Assembly: GCA_021812985.1 (NCBI GenBank)
Contig: JAKAMG010000012.1
Coordinates: 15,521 to 79,520, forward strand
Source of the DNA: Bacteroidota bacterium
GTDB taxonomy: Bacteria > Bacteroidota > Ignavibacteria > Kryptoniales > JAKASW01
DNA: 64,000 nucleotides
Direction: 5' to 3'
This document shows positions 55,379-64,000 of the stretch, piece after piece. Made by a program: the position numbers and the translations under genes. Every line of letters starts with the position of its first letter. Within the stretch, counting starts at the first letter, position 1. The notes below the pieces were generated by a model. It saw nothing but the letters and a program-made list of their open reading frames with translations, did no database searches and had not been told where the DNA came from.

Positions 55379-58222
55379 TCAGAGCTTCACTTCCGTTTCG
55401 TGTCCGTCGTATCTGATTCTCTTCCCGTGAGAAGGCTTGACGTCAAATCCAAGGCGATCTCTTTGCGAGACAAGGATTACCAGGAATTCCCTTTCGCTCA
55501 TCATACCGGGGAACCCGCCTCGCCGCTTCCCAATTGTAAGTGTGCGAGAGGTCTGATCCCAGGTAAAATCAATTTCCGCGAAGACCCCTTTCCGGTAGTC
55601 GTTGCTCTCGTTCCCGTCTTCGTAGAGGGTGAAGCTCCCGTCGCATCCATCATACACGTGAAGAATAATGTCGCCATCGGTACTCTCCCCCGCGTATTGA
55701 ATCTCAGGGCCTGATGGTATTATCGAACCCTCTCGGACATACAAAGGTATACGACCAAGCGGTGCATCGCCCTCGAAGCTCTCTCCGCCGCGGTAATGCT
55801 CACCCGTGTAGAAATCATACCAGCCGGAGCCGGAAGGGAGGTACACATTCCTGCTCCTCGCCCGGTATGAGGTAACGGGAGCGACAAGTATCGAAGGCCC
55901 GAACATGTATTCGTTAGACATCTTCACGACTTTCCTGTCGGAACCAAAATCCATGACAAGCGCACGCATGATGGTGTAGTCTTTGAAATAAACCATCCCG
56001 GCCAGCGAATATATATAAGGCATCAACTTGTAGCGCAGTTTGGTCACGTCAACCATCGCATCATACTGAGGACTTCCTTCAGGAGCGACATTGAATATTT
56101 CGCGATAGGGATATTGTCCATGAGATCGATATATGGGAGAAAATGCTCCCAGTTCATACCACCGCGTCAGGAGTTCTCTCCATTCGTTGAGCGCCTCTCC
56201 TTTCGCGTCAATGAATCTTGACGGCACGGCGAACCCGCCGATATCAAACGTCCAGTACGGGAGGCCGGACATCGAGCAGTTCAAACCGGCTGGTATCTGC
56301 CCCTCAAAATCCTCCCAGCTTGAAGCGATGTCCCCGCTCCACACCGCGACTCCGTAGCGCTGAGACCCGGCATAAGCCGACCGGCTGAGTATGAATGTTC
56401 TCTTGTTTGGATCCGCGGACGTCAGCCCGGTATAAAATCCTGCGCAATGCACGAGGGGAAAAGCATTAAAGTATTCTCCTCCCGGTCCGCTCCACGTCGG
56501 GTCCATCAGATACTTTCTAGTCTCCATCGGAAGGTTCGACTGCATGTCGGGCTCATCTGAGTCGAGCCACCATGCGTCAAAGCCGAGAGGATAAAGCTTC
56601 TCCTCAACCATCTTCCAGAAGAGCTCTCTCGCCCCTGGATTGAACGGGTCATAGAACGTCGAGAGGTAACCCTTCCCAACCCAATCCCTGTTCTTCAAAT
56701 CTAGATTTCCCTTGTAGAGATATCCCTTCTCCATCATCCGGTTGAAGTTCCTGATCCGCTCGTAGAATTTTGCCCACACGGAAATCATGACGTGCTCGTT
56801 GAGCTTGTGGATCTCATCCACCATGGCCGCAGGGTCGGGATATCTGCTGCTGTCAAAAGACATGTCTCCCCATGCACTTTCCGGCCAGTAGAACCAGTCC
56901 TGCACGATGTTGTCGAACGGGATCATCAACCTTCTGTACTCCCTCGCTACCTGAAGGAGTTCCTCCTGCGTCCGGTACCTCTCTCTGCTCTGCCATAGCC
57001 CGAGCGCCCACCTGGGGGGAATCGGCGCTTTGCCGGTCAGCTGTCTGTACCCTCCGATTACGTCGTCCATATTTTCACCGTAAACGAAATAGTAATCGAG
57101 CTCCTTCGCGTATTCGGAATATAGGGAAAGTTCGTTTTGCTCAGATTCACTTACAGGCTTCTTCACCTTGAGTGATAGATACGACTCTCCGCCGTCAGGC
57201 ACCCACTCTATCCTTATTGAGTGCTTCACTCCCTTTTCAAGTTCAAGAGCGAAAAGATGCACGAACGCATTCCATGATTGTCTCCAGCGGTCTACGACGC
57301 ATTTGCCATCGATCCACAATCTGCAGTGCCCCGCCGAGTACAGACGAAAATTGTGGAGTCCCGCAGATTCGGTTTCGAATGAACCCGACCACACGACCCA
57401 TCCTTCGGCAAGTGAGTAATTCGATGGAAGTTTCCTGAGGTCCGGCGTGAATTCATAGTCTATTTCGGATTCGCCCCTCGCCACCACCGGGCTCGAAGTG
57501 TCGGGGAGTTTGAAATATCGCGCTGAGAGCCGGCCTTCTCTTCCTCCATCATCATAGAGAACGAGCGCGGAGGATAGCTCCCCGTAATCCGCCACGTTAC
57601 CGAATTTGGAACGGGAGTAATTGTCCCAGAGTATGCCGTAGTTTTTGTTAGAGACGACGAAGGGGATGGAGATCTTTGTGTTGTACTGGTAAAGATCGAC
57701 ATCATGCCCCTTGTAATTGAACACACCTTCCTGCTGCTGACCGAGTCCATAGAACGCCTCATCTCCGGGCGACTCAAACTCATCGCGTATCCTGAAGAGT
57801 CTTTCCCCGCCAAGTGTAACCGGCTCGATTGTCTTCCCTCCGCTCCTCAGCTCGGAAAGTATTGTCCTTCCCTCACTATCCAGGAATTCGACTGCGCCGG
57901 TCCTTGCTGAGACTTTTACGCGAAGTGCTGCCGTAGTGAGGATAACGTCAGATCCAGCCGCCTTAGCCTCCCACTTGACGGGGGGGTACCCCTTTTTTGC
58001 GAGCATGAGGCTCTCCGACTCCGGAAAGGTGTCGGCATTGACGGCGCTTATCCTTATCAGCTTACTTGAGACGGGCTCAACGCGGATGAGCTTTGGGCCG
58101 TTAGGCACCGTGTCCGCGACAGCGACGATAATCCCTTTTTCGGTAAGTCTGAAAGGCTTTTCTGCGAAAGACGCAAGAGAAAAAAGAGGCAGCGATAAAG
58201 CCAAAATGAAGGGCGTTTTCAT
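55379..58222 (-). CDS. GH31 alpha-xylosidase-type glycosidase with an inserted PA14 domain
   Basis: The start at 58222 is preceded by GGAGGTGA. Signal peptide MKTPFILALSLPLFSLASFA. PA14 domain: SARYFKL...WSGSFETESAGLHNFRLYSAGHCRLWIDGKCVV. GH31 catalytic region FDAWWLDSDEPD. The architecture matches characterised PA14-bearing alpha-xylosidases. Confidence 0.75.
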   Translation of the reverse strand: MKTPFILALSLPLFSLASFAEKPFRLTEKGIIVAVADTVPNGPKLIRVEPVSSKLIRISAVNADTFPESESLMLAKKGYPPVKWEAKAAGSDVILTTAALRVKVSARTGAVEFLDSEGRTILSELRSGGKTIEPVTLGGERLFRIRDEFESPGDEAFYGLGQQQEGVFNYKGHDVDLYQYNTKISIPFVVSNKNYGILWDNYSRSKFGNVADYGELSSALVLYDDGGREGRLSARYFKLPDTSSPVVARGESEIDYEFTPDLRKLPSNYSLAEGWVVWSGSFETESAGLHNFRLYSAGHCRLWIDGKCVVDRWRQSWNAFVHLFALELEKGVKHSIRIEWVPDGGESYLSLKVKKPVSESEQNELSLYSEYAKELDYYFVYGENMDDVIGGYRQLTGKAPIPPRWALGLWQSRERYRTQEELLQVAREYRRLMIPFDNIVQDWFYWPESAWGDMSFDSSRYPDPAAMVDEIHKLNEHVMISVWAKFYERIRNFNRMMEKGYLYKGNLDLKNRDWVGKGYLSTFYDPFNPGARELFWKMVEEKLYPLGFDAWWLDSDEPDMQSNLPMETRKYLMDPTWSGPGGEYFNAFPLVHCAGFYTGLTSADPNKRTFILSRSAYAGSQRYGVAVWSGDIASSWEDFEGQIPAGLNCSMSGLPYWTFDIGGFAVPSRFIDAKGEALNEWRELLTRWYELGAFSPIYRSHGQYPYREIFNVAPEGSPQYDAMVDVTKLRYKLMPYIYSLAGMVYFKDYTIMRALVMDFGSDRKVVKMSNEYMFGPSILVAPVTSYRARSRNVYLPSGSGWYDFYTGEHYRGGESFEGDAPLGRIPLYVREGSIIPSGPEIQYAGESTDGDIILHVYDGCDGSFTLYEDGNESNDYRKGVFAEIDFTWDQTSRTLTIGKRRGGFPGMMSEREFLVILVSQRDRLGFDVKPSHGKRIRYDGHETEVKL

Positions 58223-58312
58223 TTCACCTCCGTTGTTCCTCCGCGGCCGATGCCTCATCACCAGTCCGTATGGAAAACCGGTCGCAGCATCCGGGCTTCG
58301 GACCGCCCGGCA

Positions 58313-59563
58313 TTACATGGATGTCAGCCTGAGCATTAGCACGTCATGCCCCGGTACAACTGCCCGCAGGGGTTCCCGGGTCGTACCCATTTCCTTAGAG
58401 CTCCAGATGTCGTGAATCATGTAGACTCTCTTTCCGAAGTTAGCCACTCTCCCCGAGAGGGAGTCTGAAACGGATTCATGATTGAAGTCGAACGCAATTT
58501 TCTTCGGGGTTACACTTCGATTGAGAAAGCACATGGCCCAGTCTCCCTTCTCAAGTGGCTTGAACCAGACTTCGACGCTGTCCCGGGCCGAGTACTTGAA
58601 ACCTTCAATCCCCAGCGAGTCCTGGTCGACCGCGATCGCCCCTTTATTTTCCAGTATGGCTTTGGTTTCCGGTGACATGTCCCGGAGATCGTTGCCGGCT
58701 ATAAGGGGTGCAGCAAGCATGCACCACATTGAGAAGTGGGCCCGGTCTTCGCTTGTAGACATTCCGTTCCCCACCTCAAGCATGTCGGGGTCGTTCCAAT
58801 GTCCGGGTCCGGCATATTTCCTGAGTCCGTTCTGCAGATCGAGTATGGACATAACGCTGAGCTGGATCCAGGTACCGTGGTCTATGTTCTTTTCGAAGTT
58901 GGCACTGATGTCTTCCGTTGTCCTCCAGAGGTTTCCCACTTCTCCTGCCCAGAGCCACGGCTTGTTCGTCCCCCACTCGCAAATGCTGAAGACGATTGGC
59001 CTCCCGGCAGCATGCAGGGCGTCACGCATTGTGGTGTAAGCTCCAACAGGGTTGAGCCCCTCGGTGTTGCACCAATCGTATTTGAGATAGTCGATTCCCC
59101 ATTTCGCAAAAGAAAGCGCGTCCTGGAATTCATGACCTCTGCTCGCGATGCGTCCAGCGCAGGTCCTGTAGCCGCAATCCGAATAAATTCCAAGCTTGAG
59201 ACCCTTGGAGTGAACATAGTCGGCCAGTGCCTTCATCCCGTGCGGAAAGCGCGCGGAGTCCGGGTGTATGAATCCAAGGCTGTCTCTCTCTCCCTCCCAT
59301 GTGTCGTCAATGTTTATGTACTCGTAGCCCGCGGCCTTCATACCTGAAGTCACCATCGCGTCTGCCATCTCGCGGATCATCTGCTCGTTTACGTTCGGCC
59401 CGAACTTGTTCCAGCTGTTCCATCCCATGGGAGGAGTCTCAGCAAGGCCTTTGAACTTCTGTGCCATGACGGTGGAGAAGGTCGTTAAAGTGACAATCGC
59501 AATCACTGTCATGGTCCTGAGGAGGAGCGGTGTGATCCCGGTACGGGAGCAATTGGTATTCAT
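58313..59563 (-). CDS. GH27 alpha-galactosidase
   Basis: PPMGWNSWNKFGPNVNE, YEYINIDDTWEG and DYLKYDWCN. Confidence 0.9.
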   Translation of the reverse strand: MNTNCSRTGITPLLLRTMTVIAIVTLTTFSTVMAQKFKGLAETPPMGWNSWNKFGPNVNEQMIREMADAMVTSGMKAAGYEYINIDDTWEGERDSLGFIHPDSARFPHGMKALADYVHSKGLKLGIYSDCGYRTCAGRIASRGHEFQDALSFAKWGIDYLKYDWCNTEGLNPVGAYTTMRDALHAAGRPIVFSICEWGTNKPWLWAGEVGNLWRTTEDISANFEKNIDHGTWIQLSVMSILDLQNGLRKYAGPGHWNDPDMLEVGNGMSTSEDRAHFSMWCMLAAPLIAGNDLRDMSPETKAILENKGAIAVDQDSLGIEGFKYSARDSVEVWFKPLEKGDWAMCFLNRSVTPKKIAFDFNHESVSDSLSGRVANFGKRVYMIHDIWSSKEMGTTREPLRAVVPGHDVLMLRLTSM

Positions 59564-59656
59564 GCTGTCAACTCCGTTGTTAAATTATATGTTGGGATTG
59601 GTGCTGCCAGGATTTAAAGTCGGCGTAAGGTCGCGGTTCAACCTGCCGCAAACGCG

Positions 59657-60886
59657 TCAGGGAACATCCACCTTGTAGAAATCAACTCCGTCACTTGAAG
59701 AGATTCTGAACTCCGTAAGGAATGCCGGTATGAAAAACGACTCGCCTTTGGAAAAAGACTGCAGGTGGTCCTTGCCTCCCTGGCTCCACATCATCTCGAT
59801 CTCTCCATCCGCGATTAGACAGACGGAAGGCCTGTTCCGCGACTGGCACACCCTCTTGAAACCGGCCCCCTTCGCGTATCTTGTAATCCTGAATTCTTCT
59901 GCGCCGGTATTGTACACTACCTCGCCAACCTCCTGTGCCTGGTTGATGACGGGGCACTCTCCAAATTCATACCTCACGATTGCGAGAAGAGTGTCGATGT
60001 CTTTGAATTTATTCGTCAGACCGGCCCTCACGACGTTGTCTGAATTTGCCATGCACTCGATGATGTTTCCTTCGATGTAGGCATGTGGAACGCCGGCGTC
60101 TGTGAATATCGCCTGACCTGGTTTCAGGTTCACCATGTTGAAGAAGAAGAACGACAGAAGCCCCACGTCGGTGCCATACAGTTCATGCTGGCTAAGGAAC
60201 AGCCGCTCTTCATGTGACAGAATCCGCTTCATTGAAAGCCGATTGTGGATACTGACTATGCAGGCCGACAGTGAACCCGCGTCTCCGGCCCGCCGCATGA
60301 TGTCGCCATAGAGGTTCCGGATCGCCACCTCGCGGTCCGAGTCTGTCTTCGCGGAGATTGCAGTTTCAACGAGACGCTGGTCCGCAAATTCACTTAGCTC
60401 CGGTAGAGAGCGCAGAGTCTCGGCAATCTTCGCTGAAGGTTTAAAACCGACGATCGCGTCGAGTGAATCTAAGGCGATTGCGATTTCGGGCTTGTGGTTG
60501 TCATCAGGATAGTTCTCTGGATGCGCGTGGTGCAACGCCACCGCCTGCGCCTTGTTCGGATGGAGCTGAATGGAAAGGGCTTTAGCGGCGGAAAGGACTT
60601 TGAGGAGGAACGGAAGCTTCCCGGAGAATTTGCCGGCCACATAATCGCCAAGGCACTCGCGCTTGTGTTGCTCAACAACCTCGTTCAAGGGAGCCCGCCT
60701 GTCTTCGAGCATTACTTCGGACGGGGCCTTTGGGTGAGCTCCAATCCAGAGCTCGGCATACGGCAGGTCCGGTTCAGCCGCCGTTCCGAGGAACTTCGGT
60801 ATGAAGGCGCGACTGTCTTTTGTCCCCCAATCGTAGTTCTGGATCTTGTTGAAAAGCTTATACGGACGAGGAATGAACTCTATCAA
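59657..60886 (-). CDS. manA: mannose-6-phosphate isomerase, class I
   Basis: NKIQNYDWGTKD, YAELWIGAHPKAPS and LPFLLKVLSAAKALSIQLHPNK. The TTG start is preceded by GGGAGC. Confidence 0.9.
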   Translation of the reverse strand: MIEFIPRPYKLFNKIQNYDWGTKDSRAFIPKFLGTAAEPDLPYAELWIGAHPKAPSEVMLEDRRAPLNEVVEQHKRECLGDYVAGKFSGKLPFLLKVLSAAKALSIQLHPNKAQAVALHHAHPENYPDDNHKPEIAIALDSLDAIVGFKPSAKIAETLRSLPELSEFADQRLVETAISAKTDSDREVAIRNLYGDIMRRAGDAGSLSACIVSIHNRLSMKRILSHEERLFLSQHELYGTDVGLLSFFFFNMVNLKPGQAIFTDAGVPHAYIEGNIIECMANSDNVVRAGLTNKFKDIDTLLAIVRYEFGECPVINQAQEVGEVVYNTGAEEFRITRYAKGAGFKRVCQSRNRPSVCLIADGEIEMMWSQGGKDHLQSFSKGESFFIPAFLTEFRISSSDGVDFYKVDVP

Positions 60887-60954
60887 TTATGCTCCCGGAA
60901 CGATTTCCCTCTTTACGAAATGAATTTCCATCTATAACTCAAAAATAGCAACTC

Positions 60955-60980
60955 AGAAAAAGGGCCGGCCTCCCCCGGCG
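60955..60980 (-). terminator. intrinsic terminator after the aldo/keto reductase gene
   Basis: On the minus strand: GCCGG-gggagg-CCGGC (60979-60964) followed by CCTTTTTC. Confidence 0.6.
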
Positions 60981-61034
60981 CGTTGTACCACAGCCTTCAG
61001 GCGCGGCATCGGGAGATCCTGTGGATGTGAAATA

Positions 61035-62048
61035 CTATTTTCCCGCTAGTATGCTATCGATCTTCTTCAACTCTTCCGACGTGAAGTCAGGCTGTTCGAG
61101 AGCCTTCACCGCATCGTCGATCTGGCTTACCCTGCTCGAACCGATGACGGCTGACGTAACCTCTCCGTGCCTCAGGACCCACGCGAGCGCCATCTGTGCC
61201 AGTTTCTGGCCCCTCTCCCTGGCAAGATCATTCAGCTTACGCACTTTGTCGACCGTCTCTCTTGACACGTGTTCCGGACGGAGAAAGCCTGTAGGTCTCC
61301 CGGCGCGCGAGTCGGTCGGTATTCCATCGAGGTATCTATCTGTCAGGAGTCCCTGCGCGAGCGGAGAGAAGACTATGCATCCTATCCCATCTTCTCTTAG
61401 CTCCTTCAGCAAACCATCTTCGATCCAGCGCTCGAACATGCTGTACTTAGGCTGGTGTATAAGGAGGTGCGTGCCCATCGATCTCATTATTTCTTCCGCC
61501 CTCTTCGTCAGTTCGGGGGGATAGTTTGAAACTCCCGCGTAAAGCGCCTTGCCGCTGTGCACGATGTCATAAAGGGCGCCCATTGTCTCCTCGAGCGGCG
61601 TTTCGGGGTCGGGACGGTGGTGATAAAAGATATCGACGTAATCAATTCCCATCCTCTTCAGGCTCTGGTCGAGACTGGCCACGAGAAACTTCCTGGAGCC
61701 CCAGTCGCCGTACGGACCGGGCCACATCCCGTATCCCGCCTTGGACGAGATTATGAGCTCGTCGCGATACCCTTGGAGATCGTTCTTCAGAATATATCCC
61801 ATGCTTTCTTCCGCGGAGCCGGGAGGCGGGCCGTAGTTGTTCGCAAGATCGAAATGCGTGATCCCCAGGTCAAAGGCGCGTCTCGCCATCGCGCGGCTGT
61901 TCTCAAGCGTATCGACGCCGCCGAAGTTGTGCCATAAGCCGAGCGATATGGCAGGAAGCTTCACGCCGCTCCTTCCACACCTGTTGTATTTCATGGCATC
62001 GTATCGGCGCTCATTCGGTAAGTGCATCCAGTGTTCCTCCATGTTCAT
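61035..62048 (-). CDS. aldo/keto reductase (YghZ-like)
   Basis: RRYDAMKYNRCGRSGVKLPAISLGLWHNFG, FDLANNYGPPPGSAE and the remaining AKR motifs. Confidence 0.9.
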   Translation of the reverse strand: MNMEEHWMHLPNERRYDAMKYNRCGRSGVKLPAISLGLWHNFGGVDTLENSRAMARRAFDLGITHFDLANNYGPPPGSAEESMGYILKNDLQGYRDELIISSKAGYGMWPGPYGDWGSRKFLVASLDQSLKRMGIDYVDIFYHHRPDPETPLEETMGALYDIVHSGKALYAGVSNYPPELTKRAEEIMRSMGTHLLIHQPKYSMFERWIEDGLLKELREDGIGCIVFSPLAQGLLTDRYLDGIPTDSRAGRPTGFLRPEHVSRETVDKVRKLNDLARERGQKLAQMALAWVLRHGEVTSAVIGSSRVSQIDDAVKALEQPDFTSEELKKIDSILAGK

Positions 62049-62167
62049 TAAGGATATAAACTATCTTCATAACTGCTGTGGGCAGGCTCATCAATCCCTC
62101 CCGTTGGCATCTTTCTCAGTCACGGTTTTAGCTTCAAGTCTTTGCATGCGCTCAACTTTAAGTTCCA

Positions 62168-64000
62168 TCATCGGGCACGTTTCCACCAGCACTGGTCAAA
62201 ATATTCCTTTCCGCCAATCGATGCAACTGCCTTGACATGGTTGAAGCCAGGCTTCAACGACACGCCGTGCCAGAAGAACCTGTGATCCCCGCTTTTCTCC
62301 ACACCGATCGAAATGCCGTTGAGAAACAGATCCACCTCGCCGGCGTTCGAGTAAACTTCGACGGTTATCTCCGAGGAATCCCTAACAGTGAAGGTCTTGC
62401 CGTTGATGTGAACCATCGGAGCGGGATTCCAATTGACCTTGTACCAGTAGTAAGAATCCTTCTTCGTCTCGTGTCCCTGTGTCACGATACCTTTGTCGTT
62501 TATTCCCGCCTTGAAACCCTCCCTCCTCGAATCGGACGCGAAATCATACATATTCCAGAGTGTTGAAAACCATATGTAAGGGCGTTGGGCTATAGACTTC
62601 CAGCTGATCTCGTGGAATTCAGTCTGGTATTCCTCCGGGTGCCACGGGCCATCCGGTCGGGGCTGGCGGGCCGGTAGTTCTTCATGCTGGTACACACTCC
62701 CGCCCGCGCCGTATTCGCTGAGACCGATCGCTCTGCCAGGGTGTTCCTTGTGCCACTTGTCAAGGTAAGGACCGAGCTCAAGCGCGTTCCCGTTATACCA
62801 CCCGTAGTACTTGTTCATTCCGAGAACGTCCGTCACGAAGTTCGTGGAATCTTCGTCGTCAGACGCCGCGGTGGTCGGGCGGGTCGGGTCCTCCTCTTTC
62901 GCGAGCGCGTTAAGCTTTCGGATGAGGGGCAAAGGATCAGCTCCCTTCTGATTGTGTATCTCGTTGAATATACCCCAGAACAGAACCGATGGATGATTAT
63001 AATTCTGCCTTATCAGTTCCTTCAGCTGCTGTTCGGCATTCGCAGCGAACGAATGGGAACCGACTATCTGGTTCACAAGCGGAATTTCGGTCCAGACCAC
63101 TATCCCGTTTTCGTCGCACAGCCTGTACATTTCCTGGCCGTACTGATAATGAGCCATTCTTATCATGGTCGCTCCGACGTCCAGGATGTCGTTCATCTCC
63201 TGACGGCGGTCGCAGTTGGTTATCGCACGCCCTTCGTCCATCCTGTCTTCATGCAGCGCGACGCCGTGAAGATTATACGGCTTACCGTTGAGGAAGAAGC
63301 CCTTGTCCGGATCAACCTTGAAGTATCTTAGCCCGAGCGGCTGCTCTTCCCGGTCAACCAGTTTTTTGTCCCTGTAAACCGACACCACGACACTGTAGAG
63401 ATAAGGATCGGCTTTGCCGTCCCACAGATGGGGTTTTCCCACAGTCATATGTTCAACGACTTCGCTTTTTGCACCTGGCGCTACCCGGCGTCTGCTTTCG
63501 GCCATTCCCACAGTCCTGCCAGCTTTGTCAAGTATAGTGGTCGTCAACCGGACAGCGGCAATTGTGCCGAGATCATTCCTCAAAACAGTCTTCACCTGCA
63601 GCCGAGCGAGCTCGTTTGTCACCTTCTCCTGTGAAATGAAAAGTCCAGGCGATGCATAGTCTGTCACCGTTATATGAACAGGATCGGTAACGATTAAGCT
63701 TGCCTCTCTGTACAAACCGCCATCCATGGTGAAGTCGGCGCTGATGGGAGCTATCTGGAATTCCGCGGATCTGTCGGGCGCCGTGTTGTCCACCTTCACG
63801 GCAATCACGTTTTCCGCGTCGAACTTTACGAAACCCGTAATGTCGAACGCAAAGGCCGCGAATCCTCCCCTGTGCTCTCCCACGAACGTGCCGTTCACGT
63901 AGACGCTTGCGACAAATCCTGCCGCGCCGAACCTGACAAATATTCTCCTTCCGTTTTCAACCGCGGGAATGTCGAACGACTTCCTGTACCATGAAGGTCC
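62168..64000 (-). CDS. GH2 glycosidase (beta-galactosidase/beta-glucuronidase family); the 5' end lies beyond the right edge
   Basis: The track starts it at an internal Met (63898). The frame stays open to 64000 (hand translation ...GPSWYRKSFDIPAVENGRRIFVRFGAAGFVASVYVNGTFVGEHRGGF). Also HPSVLFWGIFNEI and LSEYGAGG. Confidence 0.85.
   Translation of the reverse strand, partial: GPSWYRKSFDIPAVENGRRIFVRFGAAGFVASVYVNGTFVGEHRGGFAAFAFDITGFVKFDAENVIAVKVDNTAPDRSAEFQIAPISADFTMDGGLYREASLIVTDPVHITVTDYASPGLFISQEKVTNELARLQVKTVLRNDLGTIAAVRLTTTILDKAGRTVGMAESRRRVAPGAKSEVVEHMTVGKPHLWDGKADPYLYSVVVSVYRDKKLVDREEQPLGLRYFKVDPDKGFFLNGKPYNLHGVALHEDRMDEGRAITNCDRRQEMNDILDVGATMIRMAHYQYGQEMYRLCDENGIVVWTEIPLVNQIVGSHSFAANAEQQLKELIRQNYNHPSVLFWGIFNEIHNQKGADPLPLIRKLNALAKEEDPTRPTTAASDDEDSTNFVTDVLGMNKYYGWYNGNALELGPYLDKWHKEHPGRAIGLSEYGAGGSVYQHEELPARQPRPDGPWHPEEYQTEFHEISWKSIAQRPYIWFSTLWNMYDFASDSRREGFKAGINDKGIVTQGHETKKDSYYWYKVNWNPAPMVHINGKTFTVRDSSEITVEVYSNAGEVDLFLNGISIGVEKSGDHRFFWHGVSLKPGFNHVKAVASIGGKEYFDQCWWKRAR

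Noticed and set aside
32732-58639. HIP1-like GCGATCGC palindromes at 32732, 45020, 50615 and 58632.
   Set aside because: There are four copies against roughly one or two expected by my rough estimate at this GC content. That is too few to call an iterated palindrome family, and three of the four lie inside coding regions. A genome-wide count would be needed.
1-64000. A window-wide search for CRISPR arrays, IS elements, integrases, phage genes, toxin-antitoxin pairs and recognisable defence-system genes.
   Set aside because: I saw no regularly spaced direct repeats, no transposase, integrase or recombinase motifs, and no characteristic defence-system domains. The RmuC, AddAB-like and exonuclease genes look like chromosomal DNA-repair functions rather than a defence island.

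Overview
This is a 64-kb, gene-dense chromosomal segment with about 55 protein-coding genes. GC looks mid-50s percent by eye; I did not compute it. All family calls come from reading motifs in the supplied translations and in my own hand translations. No database search was run.

Lineage clue: one secreted protein ends in a type IX secretion (T9SS) C-terminal sorting domain. That fits an uncultured member of the Fibrobacteres-Chlorobi-Bacteroidetes-type radiation. I cannot name the organism.

Content from left to right:
- a partial TonB-dependent receptor plus a lipoprotein gene
- an unusual 1.15-kb ORF-poor spacer
- yggS plus a Zn-metallopeptidase-like gene
- a BNR/Asp-box T9SS protein
- a split AddAB-like helicase-nuclease (addB-like at 8.9-12.2 kb, addA-like at 17.9-21.5 kb), with rmuC, DUF58 and a fur-feoAB unit between the halves
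- an S9 peptidase
- sufBCD-sufT-Rrf2
- an eight-gene aminosugar-type cluster (29.9-38.8 kb)
- an SPFH plus Arc-like pair
- a housekeeping operon (nadK, thioredoxin-like, prmC, dtd)
- from 47.4 kb to the right edge, a hemicellulose side-chain utilisation locus (GH51, GH31 with PA14, GH27, GH2, an MFS sugar porter, three cupin-type sugar-phosphate isomerases, a GntR/sugar-binding regulator)

I recognised no rRNA, tRNA, CRISPR array, transposase, integrase or phage gene. Two partial genes at the window edges and one 33-aa gene are missing from the ORF track and were added by hand.

Nothing here is demonstrably a new system from sequence alone. The two best leads are:
1. The 29.9-38.8 kb operon. 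It joins a transmembrane HGSNAT-like acetyltransferase, a PIG-L deacetylase, two tandem-GNAT paralogs, an SSS symporter, a glycosidase with an Asp-Glu dyad where Asn-Glu is expected, and a NamZ-like DUF1343 protein.
2. The ORF-poor 1994-3142 spacer, which could be a large structured RNA or a decayed gene.
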